DNA of 64,000 bases. Source: Chloroflexota bacterium. GTDB taxonomy: Bacteria; Chloroflexota; Limnocylindria; QHBO01. The position numbers and the translations under genes were made by a program. The stretch lies in contig JBDTQD010000001.1 of the NCBI GenBank assembly GCA_039932375.1, positions 15,844 through 79,843 of the forward strand. The letters run 5' to 3'. Under the pieces are notes generated by a model that was given only the letters and a program-made list of their open reading frames with translations, was not told where the DNA came from and ran no database searches. Positions 1 through 8,269 of the stretch are shown in pieces; within the stretch, counting starts at the first letter, position 1, and each line of letters begins with the position of its first letter.

Positions 1-452
1 ATCGATCGCGCCTCTCGATCGCGGCCCAGGCGGTCGGCATCGCGCAGGGAGCCATCGACTTCGCGGTCGGCTACGCAGGGCAGCGCGAGCAGTTCGGCGA
101 ACCGATCGCGGAGATGGAGGGGGTGGCCTTCATGCTGGCCGACATGGCCAGCGGGGCGGAGGCGGCACGGCAGCTGACCTACGTTGCCGCGGCCGCAGTG
201 GACGCCGACGCGCCGGACCTCGCCTACTGGACCAGCTCGGCCAAGCTCATCGCCGGGGACATGGCGATGCGGGTGACCACCGACGCGGTGCAGGTACTGG
301 GCGGGTATGGCTATGTGACCGAGTACCCTGTCGAGCGCATGATGCGAGACGCCAAGATCACCCAGCTGTACGAGGGGACGCAGCAGATCCAGCGGCTGAT
401 CGTGGCCCGCCAGTTGCTGCGCCGTGCCGGCGTGAAGCGGTCGGCCCGATGA
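1..452 (+). CDS. acyl-CoA dehydrogenase, C-terminal fragment (5' end lies outside the window; reading frame begins at nt 3)
   Basis: Frame 3 translates from the window edge: ...[33 protein letters not shown]...[38 protein letters not shown]. This is a typical ACAD C-terminal helical domain. Its stop overlaps the etfB start (ATGA at 449-452). Confidence 0.85.
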   Translation, partial: RSRLSIAAQAVGIAQGAIDFAVGYAGQREQFGEPIAEMEGVAFMLADMASGAEAARQLTYVAAAAVDADAPDLAYWTSSAKLIAGDMAMRVTTDAVQVLGGYGYVTEYPVERMMRDAKITQLYEGTQQIQRLIVARQLLRRAGVKRSAR

Positions 453-1231
453 AGATCATCGTCTGCCTCAAGCAGGTCCCCGCCACCACGGCGGAGAAGC
501 GCTACACCGCCAACCTACGGCTCGACCGGGCTGCCACCGAGGCGGTGATCAACCCGCTCGACGAATACGCCATTGAGCAGGCGCTTCGGCTCCAGGAGTC
601 CGGCGCGGTCGAGGCGGTCGGCTTCCTGTCGATGGGTCCGGAACAGGCCGCCGAGGCCCTGCGCCGAGCCCTGGCGATGGGCGGCGACCATGCCACCCTG
701 GTCACCGATCCTGCACTCGCCGGCGCCGATGCCTGGGCCACGGCTCGCGTCCTGGCTGTCGCGCTCGACCGGCTCGCCCCCGACGTGACGTTGATGGGCA
801 TGGCCTCCGACGATGCGCGCGGGTCCCTTGTCCCCGGCGCAGTCGCCGCCATGCGTGGCCTCCCACTCCTTTCCTACGGGTCCGAGCTGCACCTCGAGGG
901 CTCGGTGGCGCGGGTCAGGCGCCTGACCGCGGCCGGGTTCGACATCGTCGAGGCGCCGCTACCGGTGGTTGCCAGCGTCACCGATCAGGTGGGCGAGCCG
1001 CGCTACGCGTCGCTCAAGGGGATCATGGCCGCCAAGCGCAAGCCGATGGAGACATGGAGCCTGGCCGACCTGGGGCTCTCGGCGGATGACCTGCACGGCG
1101 CAGCATTGACCCGCGTCGTCGAGGCCCGCAAGCCGGAGGGCAAGCCTCCGACCGAGCGCATCGAAAACGTGAGCCCCGACGAGGCGGTGACGCGGATCGT
1201 CGACTGGCTCGCCGCACGGAAGCTGATCTGA
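449..1231 (+). CDS. etfB: electron transfer flavoprotein beta subunit
   Basis: [19 protein letters not shown]...[14 protein letters not shown] has ETF-beta family signatures. It is 260 aa, and its stop overlaps the etfA start (TGATG). Confidence 0.9.
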   Translation: MKIIVCLKQVPATTAEKRYTANLRLDRAATEAVINPLDEYAIEQALRLQESGAVEAVGFLSMGPEQAAEALRRALAMGGDHATLVTDPALAGADAWATARVLAVALDRLAPDVTLMGMASDDARGSLVPGAVAAMRGLPLLSYGSELHLEGSVARVRRLTAAGFDIVEAPLPVVASVTDQVGEPRYASLKGIMAAKRKPMETWSLADLGLSADDLHGAALTRVVEARKPEGKPPTERIENVSPDEAVTRIVDWLAARKLI

Positions 1232-2211
1232 TGAGCAACGACATCGCCTTCCTGGCCGAGTTCAGCGACGGGGCGCCATCGCGGAGCGCTCTGGAGCTGG
1301 CGGCCGGTGCTGCCGAGCTGGCAGCCGACACTGGCGGTGCTGCCGTCGCGTTGGCCTACGGGCCGGGAGCCGCCGATGCCGCCGCCCTGGGCGCCGCCGG
1401 GGCGGCGCGCGCGATCGTGCTCGGCGATGCTGCTGCACCGGCGATCACCAACGCGGCTGCCGCCGCAGCCGCGATTCAGGACGTGGCGCCGATGCTCGTG
1501 CTGGCACCGGCGACACCGAATGGGCGCGACCTGGCCGCAGCGCTGGTCGGGCTGCTCGGCGTGCCCGCCTTCGGGCCGGTTCGCGCGGTGCGGGTCGAGG
1601 ATGGCCACGTCCGCTCCGAACAGGCGACGCTGCAGGGCACTGTGATCACTGTCAGCGAGCCGATCGAGGGAGCGCCGCAACCGGCGGTCGTCCTCGTCCT
1701 GCCCAGCACCTTCAACCCGATCGAGGAGGGGAGCGGCACGGCGGCGCTATCCCCCGCGCCGGCGAGCGCGGCGGGCGCCTTTGGCACGGCAGCCATCGTC
1801 GAGTCGCATCCCGCCGAGGCCGCGGTCGCCAACCTCGAGGAGGCCAATATCATCATCGCCGGCGGGCGTGGGGTGGGGAGCGCCGATGGATTCGCCGTCC
1901 TGCAGGAGCTGGCGGCCGCGCTCGGGGGTGCCGTCGGGGCCAGTCGCGCGGCGGCTGATGCCGGCTGGGTCCCGTACCAGCTCCAGATCGGCCAGACTGG
2001 CAAGGTCGTCAAGCCGGCCCTGTACGTCGGCTGCGGCATCAGCGGCGCGATCCAGCATCGGGTCGGCATGCAGACCGCCGAGAATGTACTCGCCATCAAC
2101 AAGGACCCTGACGCGCCCATCGGCGAATTCGCCGACCTCTTCGTGGTTGGCGACCTGTTCACAATCGTGCCGAAGCTGACCGCCGAAATCCGGCGGCGAA
2201 AGGGAATCTAG
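1231..2211 (+). CDS. etfA: electron transfer flavoprotein alpha subunit
   Basis: C-terminal FAD-binding region: [11 protein letters not shown]...[45 protein letters not shown]-like ETF-alpha motif. It is 326 aa and sits directly downstream of etfB. Confidence 0.9.
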   Translation: [326 protein letters not shown]

Positions 2212-2216
2212 CACCG

Positions 2217-2789
2217 ATGCGCCACCGCCCAGCCCCCGCCCTCTCGATCGGACTGGCCCTGCTGGCGGTCTCCGCTCTGCCGGCCATTCTCGGCTCGCGT
2301 CGTCGTCGCCGGCCGCGGTCATATGGCAAGGAGCTGCAGGCCTATCGGCGCGACCTCACCGAGCGGACCACCCTGATCGACAGCCATCTGACCACGCTCG
2401 GCGACCTGGTCGACGCGCTGCGCCGCAAAGATGCCGATTCCGACGAGGCGCTCGTCAGGCTCGAGGAGGGGGAGGAGGTGCTCGACCTGGCGGCCGAGGG
2501 TCTGCGCGGGATCCTCGCCCCCGAAGAGCTGCACGCGCTCCACGCCGAGTACGAGGGCAATCTCGAGCGAGCGCTGCGCGGGATCGTCACCGCTGAGCGC
2601 GGGTGCGGGATCACGCGGCTGCCGCACCGCCCGCCCGAGGATGAGGAGCCGTTCATCTACTGGAAGCGCGGCCACCTGAACATCCTGCATGCCCGTCTGC
2701 GGATGCGGGAGCTGGTCGAAGCCCTCTTGACCTGGGAGCCGGGGATGCCGGCCGAGGCGACGGTCGCCGTCCGCTTGAACCGGACCTAG
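2217..2789 (+). CDS. hypothetical protein (no recognisable domain; start uncertain)
   Basis: 190-aa ORF lying same-strand between etfA and nrdR. No motif recognised. A 331-aa ORF lies antisense to it and to nrdR and is probably spurious. Confidence 0.35.
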   Translation: MRHRPAPALSIGLALLAVSALPAILGSRRRRRPRSYGKELQAYRRDLTERTTLIDSHLTTLGDLVDALRRKDADSDEALVRLEEGEEVLDLAAEGLRGILAPEELHALHAEYEGNLERALRGIVTAERGCGITRLPHRPPEDEEPFIYWKRGHLNILHARLRMRELVEALLTWEPGMPAEATVAVRLNRT

Positions 2790-2856
2790 CCAGCCTCGCG
2801 CCTCTTCAGCCCGGCATCGGCTGCGCGACGCATTCGCAAACGGTCGCCGAATATCG

Positions 2857-2897
2857 CACATGTTGTGGTATCGTCCCCGGCGGTACCACCAATGGTG
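2857..2897. promoter_or_regulatory. two imperfect palindromes (CACATGTTGTG at 2857-2867 and CACCAATGGTG at 2887-2897), about 30 bp centre-to-centre, upstream of nrdR; candidate tandem NrdR boxes
   Basis: The palindromes are seen directly in the sequence. Their spacing and position (20-60 bp upstream of the nrdR ATG at 2919) fit the tandem arrangement reported for NrdR operators. The match to the consensus is only partial. Confidence 0.25.
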
Positions 2898-2918
2898 TAG
2901 TCCGTAGCGGGAGACTGC

Positions 2919-3389
2919 ATGATCTGTCCACGATGCAACGAGGCCGGCACGCGGGTCATCGACTCGCGCGACCTCGAAGGGGGAGGCACCATCCGCCGCC
3001 GGCGGGAATGCGAGCAGTGCTCGTATCGCTTCACCACCTACGAACGTCCCGAAGGGGCCAGGCTGACCGTCATCAAGCGCGACGGGAGCCGACAGGAGTT
3101 CGACCGTGCCAAGCTGCAGGCGGGACTGATGCGCGCCCTGGAGAAGCGTCCGGTGACACTCGCCCGCGTCGAGCAGGCGGTCGACGACATCGAGAGTGGA
3201 CTCCGCGCGCGCGGCGAGCCCGAGGTCACCAGTAAGGAGATCGGGCGGCTGGCAACAGAGGCCTTGCGCGACATCGACCAGCTGGCCTACATCCGCTTCG
3301 CATCGGTCTATCACAGCTACGAGGACATCTCGACCCTCAAGCGCGAGGTCGACCGGCTGATGAAGCAGCGCACGCCCGCGGACGGCTAG
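2919..3389 (+). CDS. nrdR: transcriptional repressor NrdR
   Basis: [18 protein letters not shown]...[17 protein letters not shown] is the zinc-ribbon region. It is followed by an ATP-cone. 156 aa. Confidence 0.92.
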   Translation: MICPRCNEAGTRVIDSRDLEGGGTIRRRRECEQCSYRFTTYERPEGARLTVIKRDGSRQEFDRAKLQAGLMRALEKRPVTLARVEQAVDDIESGLRARGEPEVTSKEIGRLATEALRDIDQLAYIRFASVYHSYEDISTLKREVDRLMKQRTPADG

Positions 3390-3970
3390 TGGTCCTCTCC
3401 GATCGCGACATCCGGTCCGAGATCGAGGCCGGACGGATCGTCATCGACCCGTTCATCCCTGATGCCGTACAGCCCTCCAGCGTCGACCTGCACCTGGACC
3501 GCCGCTTCCGCGTCTTCCGCAACAGCCGATACCCGTTCATCGACGTGCGGGCCGATCAGCCTGAGCTGACCGAGCTGGTCGAAATCGGCGGCGACGATCC
3601 ATTCATCCTGCATCCCGGCGAGTTCGTGCTGGGCTCGACCTTCGAGCGTGTCCAGCTGCCGAACGACCTCGTCGCCCGATTGGAAGGGAAAAGCTCCCTG
3701 GGACGCCTTGGACTCCTCATCCACTCGACCGCGGGCTACGTGGATCCCGGCTGGGAGGGGAACCTGACTCTCGAGCTGTCCAACGTGGCCAACCTGCCGA
3801 TCACCCTGTACGACGGCATGAAGATCGGGCAGATCAGCTTCCAGCGGCTCTCGAGCCCGGCCCAGGTTGCCTACGGAGAGGCGAGCATCGGGAGCAAGTA
3901 CCGCGGACAGCGGGACCCGACCGCCAGCCTGTACCATCGGGACTTCGAGCGAGGTCGCATCAAGCGCTAA
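3389..3970 (+). CDS. dcd: dCTP deaminase
   Basis: [22 protein letters not shown]...SSVDLHL...[15 protein letters not shown] is the Dcd/dUTPase-fold signature. Its GTG start overlaps the nrdR stop (TAGTG). Confidence 0.9.
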   Translation: MVLSDRDIRSEIEAGRIVIDPFIPDAVQPSSVDLHLDRRFRVFRNSRYPFIDVRADQPELTELVEIGGDDPFILHPGEFVLGSTFERVQLPNDLVARLEGKSSLGRLGLLIHSTAGYVDPGWEGNLTLELSNVANLPITLYDGMKIGQISFQRLSSPAQVAYGEASIGSKYRGQRDPTASLYHRDFERGRIKR

Positions 3971-4069
3971 GCCGGCCATAGGCAGCCGCAGCCGGAGTTC
4001 GACGTAACCGAGCCACTCTTCGCAATCACGCCCGCGCGCCAGGCGCGCACCTATGCCGGCGACGTTCGC

Positions 4070-4897
4070 GTGCGAGTCGTGCGCGCCGGGTGGTTCCGCC
4101 CCGACGCCGGCAGCTTCTTCGGCGTGGTGCCCAGGCCCCTCTGGTCGCGCCTGGTCGAGGCCGATGATCGTGGCCGCATCCTGTGCCGCCTCAACCTGCT
4201 GCTGGTCGAGTCGGCCGGCAAGCGGGTCTTGGTCGAGACTGGCACCGGGGTGCGGATGACCGACAAGGACCGTGACATCAAGGGGATCGAGGGTGGCGAT
4301 CCGGCGGCCGCGCTGCGAGCAGCGGGTGTCGATCCGGCGAGCATCGACTTCGTGGTGGTCAGCCACCTCCATTACGACCATGCCGGCGGGTTGGTCGATG
4401 CCGATGGCACGCCCAACTTTCCGGCCGCGCGCTATGTCGTGCAGCGCGACGAGGCCGAGGCGGCACACGGCGACGAACTGCGTCTCGCTGGCATCATGGA
4501 GCGCGAGCAGCTTGATCTGGTGCGGGCTGCCGGCCAGCTGGCGGAGGTCCAGGGTGAGGTCGAGCTGGTGGCCGGGGTGAGCGTCCTCCCCACCGGCGGC
4601 CACACCCGCGGGTCGCAGGCCGTCATGCTCGGGACGCGCGGCGACGCCCGCGACGAGGCGACGGGCGAGCTTGCGATCTTCTGGGGCGACCTGATCCCAA
4701 CGCGATGGCAGATTCCCGTACGATGGACCAGCGCCTTCGACGACTACCCGATCCAGGCCGTCGAAGTCCGTAACGAGCTTGTCACCCGCGCCGCCGCCGA
4801 GGGGTGGTGGTGCTACTTCACCCACGATCCCGGCGACCTCCCGATCCAGATAGAGGCGACCGCAAGAGGATTCCAGGTCAGGAGCGAACCGCAATGA
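4070..4897 (+). CDS. MBL-fold metallo-hydrolase
   Basis: VVVSHLHYDHAGGL (HxHxDH motif) ... PTGGHTRGSQAV. 275 aa. Confidence 0.8.
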   Translation: MRVVRAGWFRPDAGSFFGVVPRPLWSRLVEADDRGRILCRLNLLLVESAGKRVLVETGTGVRMTDKDRDIKGIEGGDPAAALRAAGVDPASIDFVVVSHLHYDHAGGLVDADGTPNFPAARYVVQRDEAEAAHGDELRLAGIMEREQLDLVRAAGQLAEVQGEVELVAGVSVLPTGGHTRGSQAVMLGTRGDARDEATGELAIFWGDLIPTRWQIPVRWTSAFDDYPIQAVEVRNELVTRAAAEGWWCYFTHDPGDLPIQIEATARGFQVRSEPQ

Positions 4898-5310
4898 AGA
4901 CCCGATTCAGCCTGCTTCTCGCGTTCGGGCTGACGCTTACCGCGTGCGGTACCTCCTCGAGCGCATTCACCCCGCTCCCGTCAGGAGCCGAGCCGCCGGC
5001 CGACTGCGCTCGAGCCGATGCCGATCACGTGATCGCGATCTCGGCTAACAACCTCCGCTTGAGCGCCCCGTGCATGGTCGCGCCCGCCGGGGTCGCCTTC
5101 GTCGTGCGCTTCACCAACAACGAGACGATGCCCCATAACCTCACGATCTATGAGACCCCTTCCAAATCGAGGAAGATCAAGGAGGGGGAGACCTTCAGCG
5201 GCCCGGAGGTGACGAAGGATTACCCGATCGATGCCCTGACGGCCGGCGACTACTACTTCGATTGCACCATCCATCCCGCCGACATGAACGGCACGCTGTA
5301 CGTGCGCTAG
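4894..5310 (+). CDS. blue-copper (plastocyanin/amicyanin-like cupredoxin) lipoprotein
   Basis: Signal peptide with lipobox: MKTRFSLLLAFGLTLTAC. Type-1 copper ligand pattern: H (PHNLTIY) ... FDCTIHPADM (C-x2-H-x4-M). The listed ORF start at 4804 lies inside the upstream gene. The ATG at 4894 overlaps the upstream stop by 4 nt. Confidence 0.7.
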   Translation: MKTRFSLLLAFGLTLTACGTSSSAFTPLPSGAEPPADCARADADHVIAISANNLRLSAPCMVAPAGVAFVVRFTNNETMPHNLTIYETPSKSRKIKEGETFSGPEVTKDYPIDALTAGDYYFDCTIHPADMNGTLYVR

Positions 5311-5858
5311 GCAGGGCCTAGCAGCCCCTCCACGATCTGGAGCATCCGCGCCGGCGCCAACGGACCAATCACCTCGCGCACGACGGTCCCGCTCGGATCG
5401 ACGAAGTAGTGCCGCGGCAGGCCAGCGCGTGCCGACCAGCGGTAGAAGTTCTCCAGGCTGGGGTCGAGCAGGATCGGGTAGCTGATCGCGTAGCGGTCGA
5501 TGAAGTCGACGACCGATGCCTGCGACTCGCCCCAGTCCACGCCCAGCACCAGCAGGCGGCCACCGTACGCGTCGGATAGCCGCTGCATCGCCGGCATCTC
5601 GGTGCGGCATGGCTCGCAATTGGTCGCCCAGAAGTTGATCCACGTGACCTTGCCGCGGCCGTCGGCGAGCGTCCAGTGGCGTGTCGTGAGGTCGTCGGCC
5701 GAGATCGATGGGGCGGCCTTGCCGACCAGCGTCGCCTGGGTGCCGGGATCGTCGCCATGCAGGAGAGGGATCGCGGCCAGCACGCCGAGCGCGACAGCAA
5801 GGATCACGATTCCCGACAGCCAGAGGAGCGAGCCGCGTCGGGCACGGAGGAGGGTCAT
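5307..5858 (-). CDS. TlpA/ResA-family thiol-disulfide oxidoreductase, membrane-anchored thioredoxin fold
   Basis: N-terminal TM helix. WATNCEPCRTEMP is the CxxC active site, in the TlpA-like context WINFWATNC. Confidence 0.85.
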   Translation of the reverse strand: MTLLRARRGSLLWLSGIVILAVALGVLAAIPLLHGDDPGTQATLVGKAAPSISADDLTTRHWTLADGRGKVTWINFWATNCEPCRTEMPAMQRLSDAYGGRLLVLGVDWGESQASVVDFIDRYAISYPILLDPSLENFYRWSARAGLPRHYFVDPSGTVVREVIGPLAPARMLQIVEGLLGPA

Positions 5859-6109
5859 GGGCCAGCTCCGAGCTCCGAGAGGAGGGCGCGGAGGTCCGGA
5901 GCGGTGATCGGCGCCTCGAGGCGGTCGATCCCGTCCAGGCCGATCACCGGGATACGGAAGCCGTAGCGGAGGACGAGGTCGTCATCGGTCTCGATGTCGA
6001 CGCGAGCGTATCGGTGCATCCCCAGCATCTCGTCGAGCAGGACGCGCGCCTCTTCGCAAAGGTGGCATCCGTCGCGCTCGTACAGGGTCAGCCGGAACGG
6101 TTTCGCCAT
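5855..6109 (-). CDS. glutaredoxin-like small redox protein (DUF836/Glutaredoxin_2-type)
   Basis: 84 aa. LYERDGCHLCEE is the CxxC site in a glutaredoxin-like context. Its stop overlaps the TlpA start by 4 nt. Confidence 0.7.
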   Translation of the reverse strand: MAKPFRLTLYERDGCHLCEEARVLLDEMLGMHRYARVDIETDDDLVLRYGFRIPVIGLDGIDRLEAPITAPDLRALLSELGAGP

Positions 6110-6138
6110 GTGCCGATGATAGGATGCTGCCCGGCGCC

Positions 6139-6214
6139 GCCCCCGTAGCTCAGCGGATAGAGCGAGGCCGTCCTAAGGCCTGCGTCGGGGGTTCGATTCC
6201 CTCCGGGGGCGCCA
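6139..6214 (+). tRNA. tRNA-Arg (anticodon CCU)
   Basis: Cloverleaf read by hand. Acceptor gcccccg/cgggggc. D-arm gctc-agcggatag-agcg. Anticodon stem aggcc/ggcct with loop gtCCTaa. T-arm gggggttcgattccctcc. Discriminator G, then CCA. Confidence 0.85.
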
Positions 6215-6339
6215 CAACCCGTGCTCGAATGTCTCTTCAGCGGCATGGCGGACACCGGCGCTGTTAGGCTGTTGCAACCTGTGCTGCCGCATTATCGGTC
6301 GGTGCCAGGGCGGGGGCTGGCCACAGCCCTGACTGTCAA

Positions 6340-6558
6340 TTGGAGGAGAAGAAGCCCATGAGTCAGACCAATGTCACCGTCCCGGGGGACGGCTCGTCGG
6401 GGATGGGGGCAGGAATGATCGTCGGCCTCGTGCTGGCCATCGTCATCCTCGGCTTCATCGTCTGGTATTTCCTGCTGAACGGGAATGGCGGGGGAACGCC
6501 GTCGCAGAGCACCGGTCCGTTGCAGAGCATCCTGCAGAGCCTGCCTGCGTCGAGCTGA
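6340..6558 (+). CDS. small hypothetical membrane protein (72 aa, one TM helix)
   Basis: A GGAGGAG ribosome-binding site sits 8 nt upstream. Hydrophobic core MIVGLVLAIVILGFIVWYFLL. Confidence 0.4.
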   Translation: MEEKKPMSQTNVTVPGDGSSGMGAGMIVGLVLAIVILGFIVWYFLLNGNGGGTPSQSTGPLQSILQSLPASS

Positions 6559-6595
6559 CCTGCTCAGCCAGTAATCGCGCGGTGCGCCGCGGGCC

Positions 6596-6925
6596 CTAGT
6601 GGCTCGCGGCGCTCGTGCCGTTCAGCAGCACCACGCCGACGATGATCAGACCGATGCCGGCCAGCTTCATCGTGTCGAGCACCTCGCGGAAGAGGAAGTA
6701 GCCGATCACCACGATCGCCGCCGTGCCGACTCCCGACCAGATGGCATACACCACGCCGAGCGGGATGCTGCGCAGCGTCACCGACAGGGCGTAGAAGCTG
6801 ACCGCGTAGCCGAGCACCACGACGCCTGACGGGATCGGCCTGGTGAAGCCATCGGAGAGCTTGAGCGAGACGGTTGCGACGATCTCGGAGCCGATCGCCA
6901 GGGCCAGCCAGAGGGCGGGGTGCAT
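6596..6925 (-). CDS. SMR-family small multidrug efflux protein (EmrE/QacE-like)
   Basis: 109 aa with four TM segments. Conserved membrane-embedded Glu in LAIGSEIVATVSLK. ...AIWSGVGTAAIVVIGYFLF. Confidence 0.85.
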   Translation of the reverse strand: MHPALWLALAIGSEIVATVSLKLSDGFTRPIPSGVVVLGYAVSFYALSVTLRSIPLGVVYAIWSGVGTAAIVVIGYFLFREVLDTMKLAGIGLIIVGVVLLNGTSAASH

Positions 6926-6937
6926 CGGTCTCCCTCG

Positions 6938-7648
6938 TCAGATGAAGAAGGTGAAGAGCCCCGCCATGCGGGCGAAGGCGTTGGTGAGGATGAGGACGCC
7001 GATCGCCATGATGAAGAGCCCCGAGACGACCTGCACGAACCCATGGTGGCGACGCAGCGCGTCGAGGACGGGCCGCATCCGCGGCAGCGCCACGGCGGCC
7101 GCCAGGAAGGGGAGCGCCAGCCCGGCTGAGTAGGCGAGCAGTAGCAGCGCCGCCACCCAGGCGTCCCGGCTCGAGGAGCCCATGGTCAGGATCGCACCCA
7201 GGACTGGACCGATGCACGGCGTCCAGCCGATGGCCACCAGCGCTCCCAGTGCGAATGCCCGCGCCGAGCGAGCCGCGGGGAGCAGATCGGTCCGAACCCG
7301 GACGCGCAGGAACCGGTCGAGGACCGGCCCGAAGATGCCGGTCGTCAAGAGCCCGATGCCGATCACGGCCAGGCCCGCCACCTCCCGGGCGCCCCCGATC
7401 CGGAAGAGGACGCTGCCGAACAGGCCGACCGAGGTGCCGAGCACCACGAACAGCGCGGCAAACCCGCCCACGAAGAGGAGTGCCTGGCTGAAGACGGGGC
7501 CGCGCCAGGTGAGCGCGGCCGTTCCCGGACCCGCGACCGTCGCCGTCTCGCCCAGAAAGGCGAGGTAGACCGGCACCAGTGCCAGCACGCAGGGGGAGAC
7601 GAAGCTGAGGAGGCCGGCGGCGAAGGCGAGGGCGAGGCTCACGTCCAT
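6938..7648 (-). CDS. ccdA: cytochrome c-type biogenesis protein CcdA (DsbD-family thiol:disulfide transporter)
   Basis: LSFVSPCVLALVPVYLAF is the conserved first Cys motif. A second Cys is at WTPCIGPVLGAIL. 236 aa, polytopic. Confidence 0.85.
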   Translation of the reverse strand: MDVSLALAFAAGLLSFVSPCVLALVPVYLAFLGETATVAGPGTAALTWRGPVFSQALLFVGGFAALFVVLGTSVGLFGSVLFRIGGAREVAGLAVIGIGLLTTGIFGPVLDRFLRVRVRTDLLPAARSARAFALGALVAIGWTPCIGPVLGAILTMGSSSRDAWVAALLLLAYSAGLALPFLAAAVALPRMRPVLDALRRHHGFVQVVSGLFIMAIGVLILTNAFARMAGLFTFFI

Positions 7649-7708
7649 GGCTGCCCGCGATGCTAGCCCCTCGCAGGGCCGGCCGAGCTGGATCTCACGG
7701 CGAGGGGC

Positions 7709-8269
7709 TCACTCCTCGGCGAAGAACGGATCGTCCCCGAACAGATCGAGCCACCGACGACGCATCTGGCGCACCGTCGCAATCACTGCCGCCTCGGAGG
7801 TGCCTGGCGGCAGGAGGCTGGCGATGGCGCCTCGGACCGGCTCGCTCCCCTCCATGCCGAGCAGCGCCAGGTAGTCGTGCACGCGCTCGGCTCCGGTCTT
7901 GCCGTGCGCCCGGGTGCGAACCAGGACATCGGCCTCGTGCTCCATGGCCTCCGCGTAGTCGGCATCGGTCCGTTCAAGCTCGGCCATGAGGGCTGGAACG
8001 TGGTCCAGGCGGGGATCCGAGTAGGCCCACCGCACGAACGAGTCAATCGCCTGCGGCTGCCTGTCGTGGTGGCGGACGTGGAATGCCTGCAGGTAGGTCT
8101 GTCGCTCGGCTTCCGAGCGAGTGAGGGCGATCTGCGCCACCTGGCGCATCTCGGGGGTCCATCGTCGCAGCGACTCGACGAATTGGCGGAGTGTCAGGCT
8201 GCCCGCCGGCTGCGGCCGAAAGCGGTGGTCGTGAGTCGGCTGCACGGGCCCGTATACTAGCCCCCGCAT
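7709..8269 (-). CDS. hypothetical protein (start likely at the internal MRGLVYG Met, giving a 2-nt divergent overlap with the gene at 8268)
   Basis: The ORF is 205 aa if read from 8326. No domain recognised. Confidence 0.4.
   Translation of the reverse strand: MRGLVYGPVQPTHDHRFRPQPAGSLTLRQFVESLRRWTPEMRQVAQIALTRSEAERQTYLQAFHVRHHDRQPQAIDSFVRWAYSDPRLDHVPALMAELERTDADYAEAMEHEADVLVRTRAHGKTGAERVHDYLALLGMEGSEPVRGAIASLLPPGTSEAAVIATVRQMRRRWLDLFGDDPFFAEE

Noticed and set aside
2319-3314. 331-aa minus-strand ORF
   Set aside because: It is antisense to nrdR, which is unambiguous, and to the 2217-2789 ORF. It has no motif and is a high-GC artefact.
3386-4894. 502-aa minus-strand ORF
   Set aside because: It is antisense to dcd and the MBL-fold hydrolase. 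It is spurious.
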